Positions 1-14,175 of a stretch of DNA of 64,000 bases are shown one piece after another. The notes under the pieces are model-generated. The model did no database searches. It worked only from the letters and a program-made list of their open reading frames with translations, and was not told the origin of the DNA. The translations under genes were made by a program, and so were the position numbers. The DNA is taken from the NCBI RefSeq assembly GCF_009914755.1, contig NC_060945.1. One strand, written 5' to 3'. This DNA comes from the human T2T-CHM13v2.0 reference genome, Homo sapiens. The stretch's first letter is position 1, and the number at the start of each line of letters is the position of its first letter.

Positions 1-996
<996 letters not shown>

Positions 997-1384
997 TTAC
1001 CCCCAGCAGGGCCTGTTGGGACGAGCCCCTGCAGTTGGAGGCCTTTGGAAGGGAACGGGGTGCATTATAACGCTTTCTTGTTTTTGAAGTTTCTTTGGTC
1101 AAAAGCTAAGGAAACAACCATGCTAACAGAAGTTTCTGGAAAAAAGCAAATTAGAGATGCCGAATTGCAGTTGTGAAACTGGAAGCCACAGTGACTTTGC
1201 ATCTTCTTTCACATGTGTGTTCACAGGGAGGGGTTTTTCATGGCTGCGCCGGCACTGTCACGCTCTGGCTGTTTCCAGGCCCTGCTGGGTGCACGTTTCC
1301 CCATATTCAGAATTGTTTTAAATAACCGCATTGTGCTTATGACATGAATGACTGAATTCCTCTCCTATTGGTAGCCTCTTTTAC

Positions 1385-1520
1385 TTTTTTATTTTTTTAT
1401 TTTTGAGACTGAGTTTTGAGTTGAGTTTTTTTTGAGACCGAGTTGTTTTATTTCCGCACATGAATGGTAGTTCCAGCTACTCAGGAGGCCAAGGTGGGAG
1501 AAGCGCCTGAGCCCAGGAGA
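1385..1520. mobile_element. Fragmented Alu/FLAM pieces (antisense tail with stuttered TTTTGAGAC, plus a sense fragment 1467-1520)
   Basis: T-rich tail followed by ttttgagactgagtt / tttgagaccgagtt; CCAGCTACTCAGGAGGCCAAGGTGGGAG. Confidence 0.7.
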
Positions 1521-1529
1521 GAACCATCG

Positions 1530-2045
1530 AGAGGTAATTCACATGGAGTACAGTTCGCCCAACTGAAGTGTGTAATTCGAGTTTTCAGCATATTCAAAGT
1601 TGTACAGCCATCACCACAGTCAACTTTAGACCATTTTCAGCCCAAAAGAAACTGGGCCATCGCCCCTCTGTCTCCCCGCCACCTGCACGCATCCTCCCGG
1701 CCTCAGGTTCCGGGCCGTGTCTGTTCTGGCCATGTGTTACGGGATCACGCAGCACCGTGGTTCCAGGGCTCATCCACACTGGAGTCTTTCCTTCATATGG
1801 CTGAGTGACATCCCACGGTACAGACAGTGCATTGCATCTGCCCGTTTGTCCACTGATGGACGTTTGGGGTGTTTCCGCCTTTGGCCGTCTTGAGTCACGC
1901 TGCTGTGTAAGGATGAGTTTGCAGGGGATGGATGCTTTCATTCCTCTGGGGCAGATGCCTAGGAGTGTCATGGCTGGGTTTTGGGCTCACCATGTCTAGT
2001 CGGTTGAAGAACTACTTTCCAGACTTTTCTACAGTGGCTGCATGC
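1530..2045 (-). mobile_element. Old L1 (L1M-type) 3' end fragment
   Basis: Typical antisense L1M 3' motifs (ctgatggacgtttgggg, tttcattcctctggggcagatgcctaggagt). Confidence 0.7.
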
Positions 2046-2429
2046 GTTGAGTTGAGCCTCGGGGATGGGCCCCTGTCTGGGTGTTCTGCTATGGCCAGGC
2101 TGATGGGATCCCAGGAGGTGACTCTTCTCAGGACACTTGGCCCAGCCACTCTGACTTTGTGACCAGGACGGGAAGCACCTGTGGTTCCACTCGCCTGCCT
2201 GTGGAGTGGGAGTAACAGCACAGGGCTGGGATGAGGATGATGTTGCTTTTTCCTGGAAAAACAATCTCTCAACCTTACAGAAACATTGCAGACACACAGC
2301 ATTTCTCCCCCGAGCCTTTTGAGAGCATTTCCTGACTTGGTGCCCCAGCACCCTGGATACTTTGTGGCCCATTTCCTCCTACAGAGACATTCCCTTAACC
2401 ACAGCACAGTGGTCACAGAGGGAGCTAGA

Positions 2430-2543
2430 GCCAGGTGTGGTGGCATGTGTGTAGTCCCAGCTACCCTGGAGGCCAAGGCGGGAGGATCGCTTGGGCCCAT
2501 GAATTTGAGTGAGCCTGGGCAACATCAAGACCCCGTCTCAAAC
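2430..2543 (+). mobile_element. FLAM (free left Alu monomer)
   Basis: Single monomer ending GACCCCGTCTCAAA. Confidence 0.8.
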
Positions 2544-2894
2544 CAGGAAAAATCAGGGAATTAGCGTGGATACCTCACTGTGTCCAACCCTCGAACCCTC
2601 AGTCCTTGGTTGTCTCAGTGAAGTCGTTTGCAGCCCTAGGGCCCTGTTCAGATTCTCTCATTTCTCTGAAGATCTCTAGCTCCTGTGAGGGGAGGGTGGT
2701 GTTTAGAAGCCGATCTGGCTGGGCCCTTGCTATTCCGATCTCATTGTTCACAGGTGTTCTCAGCTGGCAGAGCTGGGGCAGTGTGTGCACAGCGCATGCC
2801 TGTTCTCTACCTGTCCCGCCAGCCACCCTCCATCTGTCTAGATTAAGGTCTTCAGAAAAAACAGAACCAATGAATGGGTTTTGTGTCTGTCCAC

Positions 2895-3512
<618 letters not shown>

Positions 3513-5934
3513 GGCGTGTGTGTGTGGTGGTGGCGGAGGGGAGAGTGCCCTGTTTGTTGTGAGGAGTCGGCTCACAGGACTGGGGCTGGCAGTTGGGAGT
3601 TCTGCAGGGCAGGCGGCCGGCTGGAGACCCCGGAACGTCCTCAGGGGCGGGGACCCCGGTCTTTTAAGTCCTTGACCAGGCAGACTGGATGAGGCCCCCT
3701 CTGCAGAGGCCCACCTGCTTTCCTTAGTCCACCGATTCAAATCAGCCTCATCCTGGAAACACCCTCAGGAACATCGGGGCGCTCCACCCGAAGCTGGGTG
3801 CCGGGGTCTGCTGCAGCGTTGGCCGCTCACTGTCTTATCGGCTGCCTATGCCTGCCCCACTCGTGTTAGGAGTTGACCTCTGGGAGAGGCGGTGCCTCCA
3901 GCTGTGATGGACACCCAGGGTGTATTCTAGGGTTTCCCTTCTGTGTTTGAACCTCCCTTTGCCGAAGGAACTCTGGCTTACATTACCCCCGATACTCACT
4001 TCATGCAGAACCGAGGCCGGGAGTGGGTGCTGCGCCCCTTCCCGCGTGGGTGCCCTCCTCACCTTCGGCTCTGCCACCCCCGCGGGAACCCTCCTGCCTG
4101 GTCACCTGCTTTCACACCCAGCTGCGCCACCTCCTGCAGGGCCCCCGGTTCCTGTGGGGCTCTGACACCAGGACACCCGCTCTTCACCCAGCCTGGGCCG
4201 CCGTGGCCCCCCGCCCCTACGGTGCAGCTCTGCCCTTGTTGGCCCTGTCTGAGGCTCCCGAGGGAGCTTGAGGGAGCTCAGGGGTGCCTGGTGAGCGGGG
4301 GTCTCCTGGATGCTCCTCTTCCAAGCTCAGAGGCTGACCTGGCAAGTGGCAGCACCCCACCTCCCCATTTGAAGCCCACAAGGAGGAAGAAAAGAAACTT
4401 CTTGACTCACCCATCACGGAGACCCACGGCCATCCCGAGAGGTGTGGCCACGTGAGCAACAACGCTCCACGCTGGGTGTGGGCGAGGGTCTTCCAGGGAC
4501 CCTAAGCCTTCTTAAAGAACAACTTGGAGATGTACTTCATGCAGCGTTCAGTTCCCCGTTGCGGGTGCACAGTCGGGCGGCCGTGCACTGCAGCACAGCT
4601 CATTGTAGAGCATCTCAGCGCCCCAGAGAGCAAGTCCCGACGCAGGGCCCCCTTTACCTGGAGGTGACTCCGGGGAGGGGCCTGTGGACTCGCAGGGTGG
4701 TGAGGCGAGTGTGTGCATGTACAGCTTCCTCCCGCAGCCAAACGGTCTAGAACAAACATGCTGTGTCCTCGCTGACTTCAGAGCTTCAGTAGCAACCCAC
4801 GCCACAGCTTCACAGTTGACAGTTGTCACAGGCTCTGCTCGGAGGTGACGTTCTGGGGACTGAGCAGCAGCTCTGGAGTTACAGACTTAGAGGGGCCGTC
4901 TCCGGGCCCCCCTGCTTTTTCCTCCTCGCCTCGGTACCAGTAGATGGAGACGCCAGTTGCAGTCCTGCCAGCCCACAGTGGCTCACGTTCCAAAGGCTCT
5001 TCCCTGCAGGCTCTCAGCCAGCCTGGGTCACTAGAGGTGCCCATTTTCCTGCCTGGCATGGCTGAGCAGAGCCAAGAAACAGCCTTGAACCCCAAGACCT
5101 CTCCCTCAGCCAGAATGTTCTCTGCGTGAGCTTCTCATGCTCAAATATGACCGTGACCTGTAACATCTCCCGGTAGGCCTTGCGGGAAGTAGAGGCATTG
5201 CACGGGCGAGGGAGGTAAGCAGGGAGCAGCCCCCGGCGAGGGTAGGCCCTGCAGCTGCGGCAGGGGTGAGGGGAGGGGCTGAGAGGTGGACGGCAAGTCA
5301 GGCAGCGCCCTGGGTGTTGTGGGGCGGTTCACGCAGGGGTGTGACCTGGCCAGGCAATTTTGGACCCACTTCCTGGCCGTGGGATCGAGGGTGGGTTTGG
5401 GGACAGTTCTGCCAGCAGCCCCGGGGTTGGAACATGTCTCACAGAACTTCCACTGTTGCATATACTGCCTTATAAAGATAGACCGGTAATGGGGACTGTC
5501 CCCCCTCATTAGCCCGGAAGTTCCCCCAGAGGGCACAAGACCCCACGCGGTGATGTTGAGGCCTGGACGGTGGTGGTGGATGAAGAAGAGGCCTGGTTTG
5601 CAGTGTGTGTGGTGCTGTGGCCTACCAGGAAGAGGGCCCAGGAGTGGGCATGCATGTGCCCAGCCCCCAGCCCACGTGGTAGGGAGCCGGCCCCACAGCC
5701 ATAGCCTGGAGTCTGAAAGGGAACATCTCCATCTCTGATGGGGACCTTTTCCCCAAATGGACTCTTCTACCGTGAAGAGAACGGCAATGGCCAGCGCCGC
5801 GGTGAGCTGCTCGGAGATTATCCCCACAAGCATCACTTACCTCTACACAGGGCTGGTTTTACTTCCTGAACCGGATTCGCCGGAAGGAGCTGCAGGAGAC
5901 TGCCTCGGAGTCTTCCCGCAGGGACCATCTCCCC

Positions 5935-6320
5935 AGCGTGCGGCCTCTCCCCTGTGTAGCCTCTCCCCCATGTGACCTCTCCCCCTGCGGCCTCTCCCCC
6001 TTGTGACCTCTCCCCTGCGTGTCCTCCCCCATGTGACCTCTCCCCTGCGTGGCCTCTCCCCCGCGTGGCCTCTGCCCCATGTGACCTCTCCCCCCTGCGG
6101 CCTCTCCCCATTGTGACCTCTCCCCTGCATGGCCTCTCCCTTGTGTGGCCTCTCCCCCATGTGACCTCTCCCCTGCGTGGCCTCCCCCATGTGACCTCTC
6201 CCCTGCGTGGCCTCTCCCCCGCGTGGCCTCTGCCCCATGTGACCTCTCACCCCGCAGCCTCTCCCCCTTGTAACCTCTCCCCTGCATGGCCTCTCCCCCG
6301 CGTGGCTTCTCCCCCGTGTG
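5935..6320. repeat. C-rich minisatellite, 16-17 bp subunits alternating GGCCTCTCCCC / GTGACCTCTCCCC
   Basis: More than 20 degenerate subunits seen directly; the minus strand is GGGGAGAGG-rich. Confidence 0.95.
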
Positions 6321-9300
6321 GCATCACCCGTGGGTTCTCATTGCATGGAGCCCTGGCCCCTTACTGTGGGTGAGGAGTAGGGGGAGGATTGGCCGTTGGG
6401 TTCTGGGTTCCGCAGTCCACCGAGGGCAGTCTGGCCCTCTCTGTGCCTCCCCCAGGGATGTTGCCGGCCCTTTGTCCCCTTCTGTCACGTCCCCTGTCAC
6501 CTGCCCTCTAGGACCTGCATGGCTGCAGTCCCACCAGCTGCCTCTGGGGGGTGCCCATGGCCCTGGAATGGGCTTGGGGGAGAACGCGCCGCCCCGGGGC
6601 CTCCAACCCTTTGCTCCAGGCCACTTGCTCCACCCTCTCTTGCTGCCCCGTGTGACCCAGGATCTGTTTGGGCGAGTGCCTCGTTCTCTCCCTGAGTGGA
6701 GCTTCTGCAGGTGCTTCACGAAGGCTGGCACCCACCTCTACCTGTGTACCACGGCCTGGGATGGACCCTGCAGCTGTGGCCCTCCTGGCACTATCCCTAC
6801 CCTGTGCCCTGGTGGGTGTGCAGTGGGAACAGGCACCCTGGGGTCCTTGGAGGCTCAGCCTCCTCAGCCCTCACCCCCGAGACCCCATCGTGGCGCCTGT
6901 GTCCACTCAGGGATTATCCCAAGCCTGGCCAGAGGTCGGGAGGGGACAGAGGGAGCCACATAGGAGCCTCTACCAGCCCCTTTCTTACCACGGGGTGGGG
7001 GCGCTTCCCTCCCACAGGGTCTCAGGCTTGTGGGCTCCCCCCAGCTGCCCAGGCCCCAGAGGGCACTTCTGACCCTTCTCTTTGGGGTCTGCCCTGGGGG
7101 GCTCCAGGCCACTTGCTCCACCCCATCCCTCTTCTGGAGCCTCCCAGCACCTCAGTTCCGACTGTGGGGAAAACAGAACCCTAGGAAGCAACCTCACGGC
7201 TGTGGGCAGGGGAGGGCGGCCGGGAGCCCCAGCTGCCCCACAGGGACATTGAGTGAAGGCAGAGCCTGGGAGGGAAGTCAGATCCGTGCATGGGTCCCTT
7301 CCTGTTGGTGTTGGCGTCCCTGAGTGAGCAGCCATCCGCCGCCCCCTGGAAAGAGACCTGGAGAAGCAGCTTCAAGCTTTGGAGCCCAGCCCAGCTGCTA
7401 GCAGCCCCTGGGTCACAGTGCGAAGGGGGAAGGCAGGGGCTTGAGGAAGAAAGTGAGAGGATTGTGCCTGGGGGCCCCTGGAGGGCCAGTCTGGAGGCGC
7501 GTTGGGGTGAGGCGGTGCTGGCTGTGCCCGTCTGAGATGGGCAGAGGGAAGGCGCCCAGGGCTGAGCCCAGGGTCCCCAGGCCAGTCCCTCACTGCTCTG
7601 GGGTTCAGTTTCCTCACCTGCACAAAGGGCGGGTCCCGTGCTCTCCGGAGGCCACACGGGGTCTCCCTGAGGCACTGAGTCTGGCTTGTTTCTGGAAACT
7701 GAGGCACAGGAGGACGTTGATAACCGGCCTTCCTCTGTTCTCTTTCCCAGGGGTGCAGCTCGTCCGTCCCATGGTTTCAGATTTGCCCGGTGTGTTGCAA
7801 CCACCACCTGGCACTCAGCTTGCCCGGTGCCGCCTGGCCCCGCAGCCTTTCCCAGGCCTTGCAAGGGTGGCACAGATGGGGAAACTCCATCTGCAGGGGC
7901 GTCACCCCCGAGGGATGTGTCCTCCACACTCCCTTGATGGTCACGTGGGTCCCGGGAGGGCGCGTGTGACTCTTCCCAGGATTGCAGCGTTGGGGCGTTG
8001 TGCCAGCCTGGCCCCGTGGGTGCGGAGTGCCGTGGACCCCTCGGCCCTCCTGACCTTGTTTCCCTTTGATGTAGAAGTCTGCATGGCATGAATTCCAGTG
8101 ACAATGGGCCGGGCCAGGCTCCCTGTGCCCCTGGTACCGCTGCCCAGGGCCGGTCTCTGCAGTCACCCTCCTTCCTTCCTGGTGGCTCCTCCCTCCCTCC
8201 TTTGTTCTTCTTTCTTTTCCTGCCTAAATGTTTATCGAGTCCCTCCTGCATTAAGTACCCGTGCTGTGCAACAAATTACCTTGAACTTGGTGACTTCACC
8301 ACCACTGCATGTCAGCGCCCAGCCGTAGACGAGGGTTTGGGAGGCATGGCTGGGCCTGCCCAGGGCTCCCTGGCTGAAGTGGGTGCTGAAGCTGCCAGGC
8401 ACTGGAGGCTGGGCCTCTCGCACACTCCCTGGCTGTTGGGAGGGTGCATTCTTCTTTCTTCCTTGTCTTCTAGAGGATGCACTCTTGGCTGTAGGCCTCC
8501 CGTTTCTCTCACGGGCTATTCCTGGGGTTCCCTCAGATCCTGGAGGTGCCCACAGCCCCCTTCCCCGAGGCTCCCCCCCCCACACACTTTGCTTCTTCAG
8601 TGCCAGCAGGAGAAATTCTCCCTCATCAGCTTCCTCAGAGAAGGGCTCACCTGGTCAGGTCAGGCCCCGCACTCGGGCAGGCACAGCAGGGCGCACCCCA
8701 TGACGCACCCAGAACCCGCCCCCACAGCCCCGGAGTCCTGGCCGCTGTCCCCAGCCCTACGCCCCTCTCAGAGCTTGAGCCAGGGGCAGCGCAATGGGCA
8801 GCTCCTTCCCTCTCCTGTCCCTGGAAAACTGCTCTGGGTGATTTGGCGGAGAGTGAGAGGATTCGAAAACGCTGGTACGTGGCAGGGGCTGGCAGATTCC
8901 AAAAGTGGCCCCAGACTCCCTGGACACCCAGACCATCCACCTGGTGCCACAGTACCTGATTCCCATGGCCAGGGCATTGGGGAGCCAGGCAGGGGCAGGG
9001 GAGGGGCGTTCCAGGTCCTCCCTCCTTGCCTTGACCTACATCCCAGGTGACCCAGCGAGGCCCAGGCCCCCGCCCAGTCTGCCCCGCCTCACAGTCAGGC
9101 TTCATCCTCATCCCCAGCAGCCCCTGGGCCCCCCATGTCACCCTCAGGGCACTTGAGGGCAGGGTCAGGCCAGACCAAGTGTGGGGCCTGGCCAGGAGCA
9201 GGTGGTGCCGGGGAATGAGTATAGGGCTTATGGTGCCGTGGCCTGTCTGCTGCCTGGTCTGTCCTAAGGCCAGTGGCCCTGTCCCTAGGCTGTGGGGCAC

Positions 9301-9428
9301 AGGTCCCATTCCCCGGGGGAGTGAAGGGCTCAGGCAGCAGGCAGCCCCGTCCCCTCCCCTAGGGTGTGCCTGGGTGACTCCTGGGCTGGCCGACTGGGAG
9401 CTAGCCTGAGTGTAGGTTTTGAGTCTGA

Positions 9429-9840
<412 letters not shown>

Positions 9841-10800
9841 CATAATGTCCTACTCTTGCCTGAAGGCTCTGAGCCGTTCGGGTCTCCTGGACACGGAGAA
9901 GCCACAGCCCAGTGCCACCTGTCCTTTTCTCTCCGCTGCTCACAGGGGCCGAGGTCTGCACACCCATGGCTGCCCCAGGCTGCCCGCCAGGAGCTGCCTT
10001 TTCCCTGGCCAGGCTGTTTCTCAGCCCTGCGGTTCCCAAGGAAACGGGCTTCCAGGCAAGCCCGGGTGGAGTTCACTTTTCTCCCAATTGGAATTCGGCT
10101 GAATTGAATCCAGCCTCTGCTCCCCTCACCTCCGCATCCTGAATTTCTGCTCCCAGCTCCCTCGGCCTGGGTCAGGTTGGGTGGGTGGTGACACCGTATT
10201 CTGGCCCTTGGGGTTTAGGTCAGAGGTGCTGGGGCCTGTGTGGGGTGATCATGGCACTCTGCGGAGAGGGAGGGAGCCAGGCCAGGAGGTCGGCTTGGCT
10301 GGAGACAGCCTGGTCCCACTGGGAGCCCTGGAGCACCTGGAGTTGGGCTGGCTGGGGCAGGAAGGTTGTCTTTTGGGCACCCCTCCAACCCGTCAATCAG
10401 CCGTGGGCTGCCCTTCCATTGAGATGTGGGGAAAACCTTGATGAGGTTTGTTCAAGGTGAATGTTCGTGAGGTGTGAGCCACTGCGCCTGGCACATGATG
10501 TCCTACTCCTGCCTCTCGCCTCAGGCAAGGGTCCGCAACAGCCGGGCTCAGCCTCTGTTTTGGAGGGAGGAAGGAAGGAAGCAGGAAGACTACCTGAAGC
10601 CCCCAGTAAGTGCAGTGGAGAAGATAGAGCAAGGTGAAGGGTTGGCCGTGTGGAGGGCGAGTGTGCGGTCAGGGGAGGGCTTCTTTGGGCAAATATTTGA
10701 CAGAGGCAAAGCCGGGAGCCAAGTGGATATTTGGGGCAGAGTGGGGTTGGCGGCAGGAGTAGCCAGTGCCAAGGCCCTGCAGGGGTGCACGGGTGTGTAG

Positions 10801-10973
10801 ACCGGTGAGAGGGCGTGGCAGCAGGGGAAAGGGGGGTGGGCGGGGGGGAGGGGGGGCGACCGGTGAGAGGGCGTGGCTGCAGGGGAAAGGTGGGTGGGCG
10901 GGGCGGGAGGCGGCCGGTGAGGGGGCGTGGCTGCAGGGGAAAGGGGGGTGGGCGGGGCAGGGGGGCGGCGGGG
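10801..10973 (+). repeat. G-rich tandem repeat, about 55-58 bp x3
   Basis: CCGGTGAG(A/G)GGGCGTGGC(A/T)GCAGGGGAAAGG.. starting near 10802, 10860 and 10914. Confidence 0.95.
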
Positions 10974-11004
10974 AGAACAAGTGGCCCCATCCTTTGAGGC
11001 CGCT

Positions 11005-11495
11005 GTGTGAGTCTGCTCTGGTGGCCGTGACAAAGGACCACAGGCTGGGGCTTCAGCAACCCACATAGATTCTCCCACAGTCCCGGAGGCTGGGGCCCGA
11101 GGCCAGGGTGCAGTGGGGCTGGCTCCTGAGGCCTCTCTCCTGGGCTGGCACCTGGCGCCTCCTCCCCGTGTCCTCACAGGGCCGTTTTCCTGTGTGTCTG
11201 TGTCCTCATTGCCTCTTATAAAAACACAGGTAGGTTGGGTGGGGTCCACCCAAATAGCCTTATTTTAACTTAAAAAACTTTTCATGTTCTGGCTTCTCAA
11301 TTATTTTTTTTTAATTAAGGTATTTGTGACACTTAAAGATCATATATTTAAGATACAATTTGCTGATTTACAATCTAATTTTAATCTAATCTCCTCTCTT
11401 AAGACCCTACCTCCAAATACAGTCACAGCTGGGATCCTGGGGGAGTTAAGACTCCCACGTTCGGATTTTTGAGGGACACAGTTTGGCCCGTGACA
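11005..11495 (-). mobile_element. MLT1A-like solo LTR with an internal AT-rich insert
   Basis: ctcccacagtcccggaggctgg, ccgtgtcctcacagggcc, ctccaaatacagtcaca, gagggacacagtttggcccgtgaca terminus. Confidence 0.8.
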
Positions 11496-13744
11496 GTCCC
11501 TTGCTGTCTGAGGGACACAGTTCGGCCCGTGACAGTCTCTGCTGTCTGAGGGACACCGACCCCCTGTGCGTTTCCTGTCTCCAGCTGCCTGTGTCGGTCA
11601 CACATGTTATTCTCACGCGCTGGCCCTGGTCACCTGGTCCCCTCCGCACCCTGGGCACATGCCGGCCTTGGTCACCAGGTCCCTTCCGCACCCTGGGCCG
11701 TGCCGCACTTGGGTGGCATTTTGGGTGGAGCAGCCCCGGCCCCTGCCTCCCTCTCCTGCTGAGGGTTAACGGGGCCTGATCTCTGGGTGAGCTGCTGTGC
11801 CCTGTGCACTTCCGCCTCCAGGACCCTCAGCCACCACCAGGGCACAGCCCAGCTCAGCCAGGTGGTGAACGGACACAGGAGCTACTGGGGAGATTTGGCC
11901 CCAGGTCAGGTCCTGGCCTTGGGCGTGTGGCCCTTGTGGGGCCAGAAAACCTGTCCCTACCGCCCAGCAGGTGCTAGGGGATGACATAGCCCCTCCTGGA
12001 CATAGGCCCTCCTGCCACTCTCCCCCTGACCAGGAAGTCACCCCCAACTGCCCCTCTGACACTTTCCCTGTGAGAGGCAACCAGGCACCCCACAAAGCCT
12101 GCTGTGGGTTCTCCCAGACCCAGGCTGGAGGGACTGACCCATCAGCCACCTCCCCTCCACCCCTCCCCAACCCCCCTGGCCCCAGACAGCCTCTGTCCAC
12201 GAGGGGTGTGCCCCCGGAGCTGGCCACAGCCCCAGCAGGGACGGCAGCTCTGTGGGGCTGGTGGGGGGTGCCTCTGCAGGGCACAGGTGGACAAGAGGCC
12301 TCTCCTGCATGGCCTGCAGGAGGCCCAGCCTAGGAGGAGGGCTGAGGGCACCAAACGAGGCAAAGCCTGGGGGACCATGGTTGGGGTGGCCAAGGAAAGA
12401 AGGGGGGCAGCAGAGAGCGCCATCTGCTGCAGGCTGAGCTCAGGACGGAGGTCTGGGCACACTTGGCTTGGGGCAGGTGGCCGCCTTGTGTGGGTCGAGG
12501 AGGTGCAACCTGACCTGTGACCCAGTCCCTGGTTCTGAGGTCACAGCGAGGCCACTGGAGACCTCAACTGGCCGGGCCGTTCGCCGTGCAGGGTGGCTGC
12601 AGAGACCCGCTCAGCAGGTGCCCACTGTCACCCGGCCGGAACCAGCAGGCAGGCGTGGCAGGACAGACCACAGGGAGGATGCTGGAGGGGCCAGGGAAGC
12701 ACATTTAGCACACTTGGGGCTGCCTGTGGTCTGACGCCCCAGAGGGTGACACCTTTCGAGGCTCGAAGGCAGCTCAGGGCAGCTCCTCCCACACAAAGGC
12801 CTCCTCTGGGCTGTGAGGGTCAGTGTTTCTCCTGGGGCCCAGCCCTGGGGCCTCTTTGCATGCCCTCTGGGTGCCGGCTCAGGAGGGCACTGGCCCCAGG
12901 CCTGGCTCCGCCCCAGAAACCGGGTGGCTGTGTGTTAGCTGGGCAGTGGCTTCTGAGGGGCTGTACCAGGAGGCTCAGTGGGCATCCCCAGGGCTTCTCC
13001 TCAGTGCTGTGGTCCCACCCTAGACTGGGTAGCCAGCCTGGCGCCCTCCTCCCACATAGTGTCACAGACAGGCCCACCGACCCTGTGGGCTTGGGGTGGG
13101 ACAGCCAGGATCCCAGTCTCGGCAAGGCCTGGTACGGTGGGCGTCTCAGCTGCAGCCAGCATTGTGTCCGCCCCCTCCGCGAGGCAGTGTGTTTGTGATC
13201 AGAGCAGGAGTGTAGCCTGCTGGTTTCGGTACACGTAGAATGCGTGCCAGTGCACGCTAGCAGCATCTGTTGTGTTCCTTGTGCGGCAGCTCCATGCCAT
13301 GGCCAAGGTCTCAGTCTCTGTCCTGCTGATTGCTGGAGCAGGTGTGGTGGCCCATGTCCGAGGACGGCTGTGTCCTGGAGAGGTGGGCAGGGGCTGGGTT
13401 CATCTGCCTCTGGAGCCTGCTGGCAGCCTCCTCCCGGGTTTCATGGCTGGCAATCATGAAAGCTGCCTCGATGGTGGCGGGGCCCTGTTGATGTCAGATT
13501 GGCGTGGCCTCCTGAGAGTTCCTCCTGTGGGTGTGCGCAGGGCTTGCATGTGCAGGAAATGGACTCACCCTGGAGCTGGGCCCCCAGGGGCTGCCCCGGG
13601 CCTGGGTGGGGGCCGTGCCCTTGTCTGTCCGTCTCTCTGTCAGTCTGGCTTCTTCCTCTCCAACTCTACCTCTTTTGGGGTCTCCTTTCTGCTCTGTGTC
13701 ACCCCGGATAGCTTCTCCAGTGTGGAAGCTTTAACTTTCTGTTG

Positions 13745-14052
<308 letters not shown>

Positions 14053-14053
14053 T

Positions 14054-14175
14054 GCACACAAACGCACACAAGCACACATATGCACATAGACACACAAGCA
14101 GATGCAGACACACACAGACACATACATGCATGCAAACACACATACACGTGCACACACTCATACACAAGTCCACAC
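14054..14175. repeat. Degenerate (CA)n microsatellite
   Basis: gcacacaaacgcacacaagcacacatatgcaca... Confidence 0.85.
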
